Below are positions 7,407 through 15,782 of a DNA stretch of 32,000 nucleotides, piece after piece (position 1 is the first letter of the stretch; every line of letters begins with the position of its first letter). The stretch is from positions 30,001-62,000 of the forward strand of contig NZ_JHUX01000003.1 of NCBI RefSeq assembly GCF_000619845.1. Direction: 5' to 3'. Position numbers and translations under genes: made by a program. The DNA comes from Alkanindiges illinoisensis DSM 15370. GTDB lineage: Bacteria; Pseudomonadota; Gammaproteobacteria; Pseudomonadales; Moraxellaceae. The notes below the pieces were generated by a model, which ran no database searches, was not told where the DNA came from, and saw nothing but the letters and a program-made list of their open reading frames with translations.

Positions 7407-8633
7407 ATGCAGCAACCCATATTAATTGTCGGCGGTGGTATGGTCGGTTTAAGCCTTGCCTTGATGCTGGCCCGACAAGGCATTGCCATTCGTTTGCTGG
7501 AAGCAGTGAAATATCCTGAAAATACCTCTGGTGAACCTGATACCTATCATTCCAGTTTTGATGCCCGTAATACGGCATTGTCACGTCGTACCGTACAGAT
7601 CTTTAGCGAGCTGGGGCTTTGGGAAAAGCTATCGCAGCATGCGACGCCGATTTTGCAGGTGAATATTAGCGAGCAGGGTGGTTTTGGCAAAGCACGTTTG
7701 CAGGCCCACGAAGAAAAGGTGGAAAGCTTCGGTCAGGTGATTGAAAACGCCTGGCTGGGCCGGGTATTGCTCAGTGAAGTGGGTGCCAATGCCAATATTG
7801 AACTGGTAGACGGCATTCAGGTGACATCGCTGCAACAGGATGCAGGCAAGGTGTGGGTTACCGCGCAGCAGGGCAGCGAGCAATTGGAGTTTCAGTCAGG
7901 TTTGCTGATTGCAGCCGATGGCCGTGATTCATTTTGTCGTAAGGCGCTCGGTATTGGTGTGGATGAGCACGATTACCAGCAAGTTGCGATTGTCACGACA
8001 GTGCAAACCAGCAAGCCGCACGGACAAGTGGCCTTTGAGCGCTTTAGCAAAAATGGCCCGCTGGCACTATTGCCATTGCCTGGCATCACGGGCCAGCAGG
8101 ATAGTTATCGCCGATCAGTCGTATGGACAGTCGAAAAGGGCAGTGAGCAGCAATGGCTGGGCGAGCATAATGACCAGCAATTTTTGCAGGCTTTGCAGCA
8201 TACCTATGGCAACCGGGCTGGCGAATTTACCAAAACCGGCAAGCGTTTTGCCTACCCGCTGTCACAGGTATTGGCGCATAGCCAAGTGTCTGGCCGTGTG
8301 GTGCTGATGGGCAATGCTGCGCATACCTTGCATCCCGTGGCAGGTCAGGGTTTTAATCTGTGTATGCGTGATGCGCATGTACTCACCCGTTACCTGACTG
8401 AGCAATATCAGGCTGGGCAGGACATGGGTGACAACGTCCGCCTCAAGCATTACGAGCAGGCACGCCTGAGTGACCAGAAGCGCGTGATCCGTTTTTGTGA
8501 TAGCGTGGTGAGAGGGTTTTCCAACCAGAATCCGCTGCTGAAGCTGGCGCGCAATACCGGCCTTGTGGCATTTGATGTTATTCCTGGAGCCAAGCAACTG
8601 GTGGCAACCTACGCCATGGGTTTAAAGGTTTAA
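7407..8633 (+). CDS. ubiH: 2-octaprenyl-6-methoxyphenol hydroxylase (UbiH-type FAD monooxygenase)
   Basis: It has an N-terminal GxGxxG (ILIVGGGMVGLSLALMLARQG), the motif LLIAADGRDS, and GNAAHTLHPVAGQGFNLCMRD. It follows pepP as in E. coli and Pseudomonas. Confidence 0.88.
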   Translation: MQQPILIVGGGMVGLSLALMLARQGIAIRLLEAVKYPENTSGEPDTYHSSFDARNTALSRRTVQIFSELGLWEKLSQHATPILQVNISEQGGFGKARLQAHEEKVESFGQVIENAWLGRVLLSEVGANANIELVDGIQVTSLQQDAGKVWVTAQQGSEQLEFQSGLLIAADGRDSFCRKALGIGVDEHDYQQVAIVTTVQTSKPHGQVAFERFSKNGPLALLPLPGITGQQDSYRRSVVWTVEKGSEQQWLGEHNDQQFLQALQHTYGNRAGEFTKTGKRFAYPLSQVLAHSQVSGRVVLMGNAAHTLHPVAGQGFNLCMRDAHVLTRYLTEQYQAGQDMGDNVRLKHYEQARLSDQKRVIRFCDSVVRGFSNQNPLLKLARNTGLVAFDVIPGAKQLVATYAMGLKV

Positions 8634-8744
8634 ATAAAAATGATGCGGCAGAATTGAATGATGCCGGCAATCATGCAGGGTTTTGGTCAGCAGATCCTAT
8701 TAAAATGTCAGCATAAAACGAGTAGCTTAGGATAGGGGCAGCAT

Positions 8745-10022
8745 ATGTCGGTTAATCAGCAACGAGAAACAGCACCGATTGAAAAGGTCGTCATCATCGG
8801 CGGTGGACTGGTTGGTGGTTTATGTGCCTTGTTACTGGCCAAAGCTGGAATTCAGCCAATTGTACTGGATGCTGCGCCTGAACTGGACAACAGCATTTTA
8901 CAGCGCCGTGATGCCCGGGTGCTGGCCTTAAGCCCGGCTACAATCAGCCTTCTCAAGCAAACGGACGTATGGCCGCATATTCAGCGCAAGGCCGATTACT
9001 ATGGCATGCAGGTCTGGTCACGGGATGGTTACGGCATCCTGGAGTTTGGCAAAACAGACCATACCGCACCACGCACGGCTCAGGACTTACTGGGCAGTAT
9101 GGTAGAGCCTAGCGTGCTGGGACTGGCCATTCAGCATGAACTCAAAGCGCAGATTCAACGCTATCACACACAGGTGCGGGTACAGCGTATTGAGCCATTT
9201 GGTGACTATTGGCAAATTACCTTAACTAGCGGCCAGCAATTTAATACCACCTTGCTCATTGGCGCGGATGGCGGCAATTCCTTGGTTCGGAAAATGGCAG
9301 GCATTGGTGTTGACGTGCTGGATTATCAGCAAACTGCCATTAGCTGCGCGATTAAAACCGAACAGCCGCATCAGCAAATTGCCCGTCAGGTTTTTTTGCC
9401 CACAGGGCCTTTGGCCTTTTTGCCCATGATGGATTTAACCTTAACTGGTTTAAGCTCGGATGAACCCGCCGGGCACTGGCAATCCGTAGTGTGGACGCTG
9501 CCAGCGCAGGATACCGAAGAATTAAGCCAGCTTAGTGATGCTGATTTTCTGGCGGCAATTACGCATGCCAGTGGCCACATGCTAGGCCAGGTAACAGCGG
9601 TAGAGTCCCGTGCAGCGTTTCCTCTGGCGGCTAGGCAAGCTGATCGCTATGTGTTGCCGCACCTGGCACTGATTGGCGATGCAGCGCATGTAGTGCATCC
9701 ATTGGCAGGACAGGGCGTTAATCTGGGCTGTCTGGACGCGGCGCTGCTGGTCGATAACCTGATGCGCGATGAGGAGCGTGGCCTATGGGCACACTGGCAA
9801 ACCCTGAACCGTTATGAGGTCAAGCGCCGTAGCCACAATAGCCTGATGATGCATAGTTTTTCCGGACTTGGCTGGTTGCAAGGCAGTCAGTTAAAAGCAG
9901 TGCAGTGGTTGCGAAGTGAGGGCATGCATTTTGTAGCTAACAATCCGTTATTGCTGAATATATTTACTGAACAAGCCAGTGGTAAATCTGCAATAAAAGA
10001 TACGAGATATTACCAGTTCTAG
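8745..10022 (+). CDS. ubiI: UbiH/UbiF/VisC-family FAD monooxygenase of ubiquinone synthesis (probably UbiI/VisC)
   Basis: Motifs present are VVIIGGGLVGGLCALLLAKAG, LLIGADGGNSLVR and GDAAHVVHPLAGQGVNLGCLD. The position after ubiH fits. The exact paralogue assignment is an inference. Confidence 0.8.
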   Translation: MSVNQQRETAPIEKVVIIGGGLVGGLCALLLAKAGIQPIVLDAAPELDNSILQRRDARVLALSPATISLLKQTDVWPHIQRKADYYGMQVWSRDGYGILEFGKTDHTAPRTAQDLLGSMVEPSVLGLAIQHELKAQIQRYHTQVRVQRIEPFGDYWQITLTSGQQFNTTLLIGADGGNSLVRKMAGIGVDVLDYQQTAISCAIKTEQPHQQIARQVFLPTGPLAFLPMMDLTLTGLSSDEPAGHWQSVVWTLPAQDTEELSQLSDADFLAAITHASGHMLGQVTAVESRAAFPLAARQADRYVLPHLALIGDAAHVVHPLAGQGVNLGCLDAALLVDNLMRDEERGLWAHWQTLNRYEVKRRSHNSLMMHSFSGLGWLQGSQLKAVQWLRSEGMHFVANNPLLLNIFTEQASGKSAIKDTRYYQF

Positions 10023-10195
10023 CTTTTGGGTTACTATTTACCCATGTTTTGTTGAACCGCTTAAAAAAATAGCAAGTTATTGTCACCACCACTAGCAAGG
10101 ATATTTCGAGATTGCTACAGTTAGCGAAATTCTTGAGCACCAACCTGTCTTAAGAAAACTGACTAATTTCAAGAGATACATTAGGGGTAATGACA

Positions 10196-10471
10196 ATGAC
10201 TATTGATCACGATGATGACTACGACAATGCTGACAGTGACGTAGAAGCAGTAGATGTTGATGAAACCGAAACTGTGTCCACGGATGTCGGCAGTACGGAC
10301 AGCGCGGATGACGCGCCAAGCTTGACAGATGCTGATCTCGCTGAAGCTGAAAGCTTAACCGTAACGGCTAAACAATCCATTCGCCAGCAACTGGAAGATG
10401 AAGTCGCGCGCTTTTTGGCGCAGGGTGGAAAAATTACTGAAGTACCAGCCGATGAAAGCGTACATGAATAA
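10196..10471 (+). CDS. Small highly acidic protein with a conserved-looking C-terminal helix (possible SutA-like RNAP-associated factor)
   Basis: The N-terminal ~55 aa are D/E/T/S-rich, followed by KQSIRQQLEDEVARFLAQGGKITEVP. An SD AGGGG (10183-10187) favours the ATG at 10196 over 10190. A strong terminator follows. Confidence 0.65.
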   Translation: MTIDHDDDYDNADSDVEAVDVDETETVSTDVGSTDSADDAPSLTDADLAEAESLTVTAKQSIRQQLEDEVARFLAQGGKITEVPADESVHE

Positions 10472-10510
10472 TGTACCAACCAGCTAGTGCTTAAAGATCA
10501 GTACTTAAAT

Positions 10511-10541
10511 AAAAAGCCTATGTCATTGCATAGGCTTTTTT
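10511..10541. terminator. Bidirectional rho-independent terminator
   Basis: AAAAAGCCTATG-tcattg-CATAGGCTTTTTT forms a perfect stem flanked by an A-run and a T-run. It lies between the convergent acidic-protein gene and panD. Confidence 0.8.
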
Positions 10542-10601
10542 GAGCGCTTTCCAGCCAGCATTAGCTTAGCAGACTGGAAAGTCTAGATATTTTTGAGTCG
10601 A

Positions 10602-10982
10602 TCAGGCTACCTGAACTGGAATCACATTGGTGGTGTGGTTAACGGTATTATCCGGGTTGGCATAAACCAAACGTGGCTTGTAGGATTTTAGCTCAACTTC
10701 GGTATAAACCCCGAACGCTGCAATAATAATAATATCGCCCACATCCGCATGATGCGCTGCACCACCATTGACCGAAATAATGCCGGAGTTATCTTCACCA
10801 CGAATGGCATAAGTGGTAAAACGCTTGCCATTGGTCACATTCCAGACCTGAATTTGTTCATATTCCAATAATCCGGCCAGATCCATCAGCTTGCCATCAA
10901 TGGCGCAGGAACCTTCATAATGTAGCTCAGCATGGGTTACAACCGCACGGTGAATTTTACATTTAAGCATATGAGTTTGCAT
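10602..10982 (-). CDS. panD: Aspartate 1-decarboxylase
   Basis: [26 protein letters not shown]...VNGGAAH...IPVQVA is near-collinear with E. coli PanD, including the self-processing G-S site. An AGGAGA SD precedes the ATG. Confidence 0.95.
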   Translation of the reverse strand: MQTHMLKCKIHRAVVTHAELHYEGSCAIDGKLMDLAGLLEYEQIQVWNVTNGKRFTTYAIRGEDNSGIISVNGGAAHHADVGDIIIIAAFGVYTEVELKSYKPRLVYANPDNTVNHTTNVIPVQVA

Positions 10983-11169
10983 GGCAAATGTCTCCTGAGG
11001 AGTAGGGTAACCAACGCTGGCAAAATATCAGCAGTTTAAGCGCCGGATATTTTGCAAAAGCTTGTTCCGCTTTGAAACGGCGACATTTTGCCGTGTTCAG
11101 GGCGGTGCTGCAAGTAATTTGTGCGGATAATCACAAAATCCTGAGATTGAATGTAAATGATACGGCGAG

Positions 11170-11345
11170 TTGAGCTTTATCCTCTTTACCTCAGGCATAG
11201 CCTTCGATCTTGCGACGCGGCAAATGAGGAACAACATTCCGCAAGACGTAGTGAAACGAAGTGGCTTTGCTTTATCCTCTCAAAAAAATCATAGATTTTT
11301 TTCTTGCGCTCGGGTAGAGCGATGCTCTACTTATCCTCGCTCAGG
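11170..11345 (-). repeat. Two degenerate tandem units of a ~85-bp intergenic repeat, in inverted orientation relative to the copy at 13623-13875
   Basis: The exact blocks CCTCGCTCAGG (11335-11345) and TCTTGCGCTCGGG (11302-11314) are reverse complements of 13625-13635 and 13657-13669, with the same spacing. It also contains the perfect palindrome AAAAAAATC-ATA-GATTTTTTT (11282-11302). Confidence 0.7.
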
Positions 11346-11918
11346 CTTGAATGCATTCAACTGGTTCATGGCCTTAGACACGTCACCATTTACCAATAGA
11401 TGGGTTTGCTGGAGCGCTTGTTCAATGGCCTGATCCAATAAATTTTGTTCGGCTTGCGGTGCCTTGCCTAAAACATGGCCAGTGACTTTTTCACGCGAAC
11501 CCGGATGACCAATGCCAATACGCAGGCGGTGAAAATCAGCGCCAATATGCGGCACAATATCACGCAGCCCATTATGGCCACCATGACCGCCCCCTGTCTT
11601 GAGGCGAATGGTACCCGCAGGCATATCAAGCTCATCATGCGCAATGAGGATTTGTTGAACTGGAATCTGGAAAAATTTGACAAACGGAGCAACCGATTGT
11701 CCGGAACGATTCATGAACGTGGTTGGAAGTAATAATCTGACTTCCTGTCCTTCAATCGTGCCACGACCGGAAATGCCAAAAAAGCGCGGATCGTTCTTAA
11801 GACTAATGCGGTACTGGTCGGCCAGTTGCTGGACATACCAGAAGCCCGCATTATGACGGGTCTGGGCATATTCCGAACCCGGATTGCCCAGACCAACAAT
11901 GAGTGACAATTTATTCAA
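11331..11918 (-). CDS. pth: Peptidyl-tRNA hydrolase
   Basis: LIVGLGNPGSEYAQTRHNAGFW...HDELD...GGGHGGHNGLRD...RLRIGIGHPG is collinear with E. coli Pth. The start is a TTG, with an in-frame TGA just upstream. The last ~4 codons (PERG*) lie inside the repeat. Confidence 0.93.
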   Translation of the reverse strand: MNKLSLIVGLGNPGSEYAQTRHNAGFWYVQQLADQYRISLKNDPRFFGISGRGTIEGQEVRLLLPTTFMNRSGQSVAPFVKFFQIPVQQILIAHDELDMPAGTIRLKTGGGHGGHNGLRDIVPHIGADFHRLRIGIGHPGSREKVTGHVLGKAPQAEQNLLDQAIEQALQQTHLLVNGDVSKAMNQLNAFKPERG

Positions 11919-11947
11919 TGGTCTAGCTCAAATATGACAGGTTAGGC

Positions 11948-12550
11948 TTATTCAGCGCTATCCTGGCTACCACCAGCTGGTGCATGGATGTTAGCAATGG
12001 CGTTGTCATGGCTAGTACCTTGTTCCAGCGCAGCAATTTTTACGCCTTCTGGCAGTTTAATGTCAGACAGGTGAACCACAGTACCGACTTCAACCTGAGC
12101 CAGGTCAACTTCGATGAACTCAGGCAGGTTGCCAGGCAGGGTAATGATTTCTACATCGTTTGCAATAATGGAAACAATACCACCTTGCTGCTTCACGCCA
12201 ACTGAAGTTTCCTGATTAATGAAGTGCAATGGAACACGTACGTTAATCGTATGGGTTGCATCAACACGCAGGAAGTCAGCATGCATTGGGAAGTTTTTAG
12301 CTGGATGACGCTGTAATGCTTTTAGCACAACAGGTTGTACCTGACCGTCAACACTCAGGTTAACAATGTGCGAGTAAAACGCTTCGCTTTCCAGAACCTT
12401 TACCAGATCCTTGAATGCAATGGAAATGCTCTGAGGAGCTTGTTCACCACCGTAAATCACGGCAGGTACCAGATTAGCGTGACGCAGGCGGCGGCTCGCA
12501 CCTTTCCCTTGCTGATCACGTGCTACGGCATTTAAGTTAAAATCAGTCAT
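11948..12550 (-). CDS. rplY: 50S ribosomal protein L25 (long Ctc form)
   Basis: The 200-aa product has GKGASRRLRHANLVPAVIYGG and sits in the conserved prs-rplY-pth order. An AGGA SD is present. Confidence 0.92.
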   Translation of the reverse strand: MTDFNLNAVARDQQGKGASRRLRHANLVPAVIYGGEQAPQSISIAFKDLVKVLESEAFYSHIVNLSVDGQVQPVVLKALQRHPAKNFPMHADFLRVDATHTINVRVPLHFINQETSVGVKQQGGIVSIIANDVEIITLPGNLPEFIEVDLAQVEVGTVVHLSDIKLPEGVKIAALEQGTSHDNAIANIHAPAGGSQDSAE

Positions 12551-12565
12551 GATATGTCCTAACAG

Positions 12566-12599
12566 TTAAAAAAAGCTGAACTTGCGACCAGTTCAGCTG
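12566..12599 (-). terminator. Hairpin plus U-run between prs and rplY (terminator or attenuator)
   Basis: The minus strand reads AGCTGAAC-tggtcgcaa-GTTCAGCT followed by TTTTTTT. Confidence 0.55.
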
Positions 12600-12664
12600 G
12601 GATTTTTTGTAGCAAACAACAAGTGTTACTACAAAAAAATAGGGTTAAATTTTATTCAACAGCA

Positions 12665-13618
12665 TTAAATACTTTCATCAAACATGGCGCTGATGGATTC
12701 TTCGTTATTAATACGACGAACCGTTTCGGCAACCATTGCAGATACTGACACCTGACGAATCTTACCGCATTGCTGGGCAGCATCCGATAATGGAATGGTA
12801 TCTGTAACTACCAACTCGTCAATAACTGAATTTTCCAGGTTACTGATGGCCGGGCCAGATAATACCGGATGGGTACAATAGGCCACCACACGGCGAGCAC
12901 CAAATTTTTTCAGGGCTTCAGCAGCTTTGCAGAGGGTTCCAGCAGTGTCCACCATGTCATCAACAATCACGCAATCACGGCCTGAAACATCACCAATAAT
13001 ATGCATGACCTGAGATTCATTGGCTTTCGGACGACGCTTGTCAATAATGGCAAGATCTACATCGCCCATTTGTTTGGCAATGGCGCGGGCACGTACTACA
13101 CCACCAATATCAGGAGAAACCACGATCAGGTTGTCATATTGTTGCTGGCGCAGGTCGGCAAGTAAAATGGGTGAACCATAGATGTTGTCAACTGGAATAT
13201 CAAAGAAACCCTGAATCTGGTCAGCATGCAGGTCAATCATCACCACGCGGTCAATACCGACGGTGGTCAGCATGTCGGCAACGACTTTGGCAGTGATAGG
13301 TACACGGGCAGAACGCGGACGACGGTCCTGACGGGCATAGCCAAAATAGGGAATGACTGCGGTAATACGGCCAGCACTGGAACGACGCAACGCATCGGCC
13401 ATGACCAGAATTTCCATTAGGTTGTCGTTTGTCGGGCTACAGGTTGGCTGAACGATGAATACATCTTTACCGCGAACATTTTCAGTGATTTCCACCGCGA
13501 TTTCGCCATCAGAGAAACGGTTAACAATGGCCGAACCCAATGGAATATGAAGATGACTGACCACTTTATGGGCCAGGGCGGTGTGGGCATTGCCACTAAA
13601 AACGACAAGATTGGGCAT
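12665..13618 (-). CDS. prs: Ribose-phosphate pyrophosphokinase (PRPP synthetase)
   Basis: The 317-aa product has [18 protein letters not shown], and the PRPP loop [13 protein letters not shown]. Confidence 0.96.
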   Translation of the reverse strand: MPNLVVFSGNAHTALAHKVVSHLHIPLGSAIVNRFSDGEIAVEITENVRGKDVFIVQPTCSPTNDNLMEILVMADALRRSSAGRITAVIPYFGYARQDRRPRSARVPITAKVVADMLTTVGIDRVVMIDLHADQIQGFFDIPVDNIYGSPILLADLRQQQYDNLIVVSPDIGGVVRARAIAKQMGDVDLAIIDKRRPKANESQVMHIIGDVSGRDCVIVDDMVDTAGTLCKAAEALKKFGARRVVAYCTHPVLSGPAISNLENSVIDELVVTDTIPLSDAAQQCGKIRQVSVSAMVAETVRRINNEESISAMFDESI

Positions 13619-13622
13619 GTTT

Positions 13623-13875
13623 CACCTGAGCGAGGTTAAAGCAAAGCACTGCTTTGCCCGAGCGCAAGAGGAAATCTACAATTTTCATGCAAAAATAAAG
13701 CAACTGCTAAGAGCTGCCCAGGCGCATGAGAAAATCTGTGATTTTCTATAGGGAATAACTGAAATTACTTTGCTCTACAAAACAAAATAAAGTCTTATAT
13801 TCACTTAAGCGCAACAACAAAAACGAAAAGCACTACTCTTCCGCTATAAATTAGAAAGCCTATGATTTTCTAAAA
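13623..13875 (+). repeat. Degenerate repeat array in the prs leader (same family as 11170-11345, opposite orientation)
   Basis: It contains CCTGAGCGAGG (13625-13635) and CCCGAGCGCAAGA (13657-13669). Palindromes are AGAAAATC-TGT-GATTTTCT (13729-13747, perfect), AGAAAGCC-TAT-GATTTTCT (13853-13871), and a weaker one at 13671-13686. Confidence 0.65.
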
Positions 13876-13901
13876 GAATTAAGGAAAAATAGTTTGGAAT
13901 A

Positions 13902-13976
13902 TGGCAGGGGCGGCTGGATTCGAACCAACGGATGCCGGGATCAAAACCCGGTGCCTTACCACTTGGCGACGCCCCT
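13902..13976 (-). tRNA. tRNA-Gln (anticodon UUG)
   Basis: The reverse complement AGGGGCGUCGCCAAGUGGUAAGGCACCGGGUUUUGAUCCCGGCAUCCGUUGGUUCGAAUCCAGCCGCCCCUGCCA folds by hand into a cloverleaf. The anticodon loop is UUUUGAU and the CCA end is encoded. Confidence 0.93.
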
Positions 13977-14111
13977 AAGTCGGCGGAAACTATAGTGTTG
14001 TTGCTGTAAACTGTCAAGCTGATTTACATAAAATGTGCTGTTGAAAAACCACATTTTAAACAGTTAAGCACAACGATGTTCCAGTTTTAAAATGATATCA
14101 GCCAGTTAAAA

Positions 14112-14186
14112 TGGCAGGGGCGGCTGGATTCGAACCAACGGATGCCGGGATCAAAACCCGGTGCCTTACCACTTGGCGACGCCCCT
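14112..14186 (-). tRNA. tRNA-Gln (anticodon UUG), second identical copy
   Basis: It is 75/75 identical to the copy at 13902-13976 and starts 30 nt downstream of the ispE stop. Confidence 0.93.
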
Positions 14187-14216
14187 GTTGACGTAGATAA
14201 TCACATTGATACCACG

Positions 14217-15053
14217 TTAAACCAGACCCAACTGTTCATGTACCGGAGAATTTTGCAGACCATGACAAAAATAACTTTTGCATGGTGCATGCTGCATTAT
14301 CGCTGTGATGTCCTGTTCCGGCTGAACCGGTAAAAACACACAGGCTCCTGTACCTGTCAAACGTGCCTGACCAAACTGGTTGAGATAGGCTAGCGCTTGT
14401 GCAACTTCGGGATATAATTTTTGGGCAATTGCCTCGAAATTATTACCAAATTGCGTTGGGTTTTGCTGATAGGCGGCAAATGTAGTTTCTGGCGTGTTTC
14501 TTGTCAATGATTCTTGTGAAAAAAGTTGCTTAGTGCTGATAAAACAATCAGGCTTGAGCACAATATAATCAATTTGCGGCAAATCGACAGCGACCAACCG
14601 CTCACCCACGCCTTCCGCCCAGGCATTTTTACCCAGAACAAAAATAGGAACATCCGCACCTAGTTGAATACCCAGCTTGGCCAGTTCAGTCACCGTTAGG
14701 CCAGTTTGCCAAAGTTTATTTAAAGCCAGCAGAGTCGTGGCTGCATTGGAAGAACCGCCACCAACCCCGCCACCAATGGGAATGTTTTTTTGCAGTTCAA
14801 TCCGGCAACCCTTGGAATAGCCAGTATGCTGTTTTAATAAACGCGCTGCCTTAATAATCAGGTTATCTTCACTGGTAACCTCATCCAGCTGGTTGATGCT
14901 TAAGCTGGTATGGTTAATATCAAAACTCAGGTAATCATATAAATCAATAAGTTGAAATACAGATTGCAGGTTGTGATAGCCATCAGAGCGTTTGCCGGTA
15001 ATGTGCAAAAACAGGTTTAGCTTGGCTGGCGAGGGAAGCGTGAGTTGACTCAT
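14217..15053 (-). CDS. ispE: 4-diphosphocytidyl-2-C-methyl-D-erythritol kinase
   Basis: SPAKLNLFLHITGKRSDGYHNLQSVF and the GHMP ATP loop PIGGGVGGGSSNAAT are present. It overlaps lolB by 4 nt. Confidence 0.94.
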   Translation of the reverse strand: MSQLTLPSPAKLNLFLHITGKRSDGYHNLQSVFQLIDLYDYLSFDINHTSLSINQLDEVTSEDNLIIKAARLLKQHTGYSKGCRIELQKNIPIGGGVGGGSSNAATTLLALNKLWQTGLTVTELAKLGIQLGADVPIFVLGKNAWAEGVGERLVAVDLPQIDYIVLKPDCFISTKQLFSQESLTRNTPETTFAAYQQNPTQFGNNFEAIAQKLYPEVAQALAYLNQFGQARLTGTGACVFLPVQPEQDITAIMQHAPCKSYFCHGLQNSPVHEQLGLV

Positions 15054-15673
15054 TGTTGTGCTGCATCCTCACGTGACTGGATAGTAAGGGTCACGCGGTT
15101 TTCACCTTGGGGCAGGGCTTGAACCATCACCAGTTTTTGGGGTAGCGGCTCTGCATTGTCATAGCTTAACTGCACCTGCCAGCCCCCTTCGGCAAGCGTT
15201 TTTAAACGGTGTTGTTCATCATACTGGGCTTTTGCACTGCTGGAGGCCGGTTTGCCTTGCACCCACGAAACCAGATAGGAAATAGGAGCTTGCCAGCCAG
15301 TCGCCTGTTGCAGTAGTTCTTCTGGACTCGCGGCCTGCAAGGTTCCGGTTTTAGCACTGGTTAATGTGACCTTGCCGGGAATGCCTTCAATGCGGGTTTG
15401 CCCGATGCCTAGCGCACCTGTCAGGTCAATGGCAAAGTAATTATTGACCTGAGTCCAGGCATAAAAGGCACTGCCATTTTGCTGTGGCGTTCTAACACCA
15501 ATTTTGCCTGCAATACTAAATTGGGTTTTAACCATTTCCTGACTAGGCAGGGGCGTGCTTAAGGTTGGGGCTTTAAGGGTTTTTTGACAACCACTTAGCC
15601 CCAGACTGATACAGCCAACCAATAAGGCAGCAGAAAGACGAAAGGTTTGGGGCTGGGTAATCTGAACAGACAT
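15050..15673 (-). CDS. lolB: Outer-membrane lipoprotein LolB
   Basis: The signal peptide carries a lipobox (LGLSGC). Size (~207 aa) and the conserved position upstream of ispE both fit. Confidence 0.85.
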   Translation of the reverse strand: MSVQITQPQTFRLSAALLVGCISLGLSGCQKTLKAPTLSTPLPSQEMVKTQFSIAGKIGVRTPQQNGSAFYAWTQVNNYFAIDLTGALGIGQTRIEGIPGKVTLTSAKTGTLQAASPEELLQQATGWQAPISYLVSWVQGKPASSSAKAQYDEQHRLKTLAEGGWQVQLSYDNAEPLPQKLVMVQALPQGENRVTLTIQSREDAAQQ

Positions 15674-15782
15674 GATTTAATTTTAAGTGAGTGAAATTAA
15701 TCATGTATTGTAGGGAAATTGGTGATAGCCAGGGCAGGCATTTTGTGGTTTTTTGAAAAAAGCTAAAAAATTCCAGCAAAGG

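Noticed and set aside
10219-10479. 86-aa minus-strand ORF
   Set aside because: It is the mirror image of the acidic-protein gene (a S/T/A-rich antisense frame). The plus-strand gene has the SD and the terminator.
11176-11338. Three TTATCCTC(T/G) strings as DnaA boxes
   Set aside because: They deviate from TTATCCACA at key positions and are simply part of the repeat unit (GAGGATAA on the other strand).
11170-11433. 87-aa plus-strand ORF
   Set aside because: It is assembled from the degenerate intergenic repeat units and then runs antisense into pth, so it is a repeat artefact.
14142-14333. 63-aa plus-strand ORF
   Set aside because: It starts inside, and antisense to, tRNA-Gln, then continues antisense to ispE.
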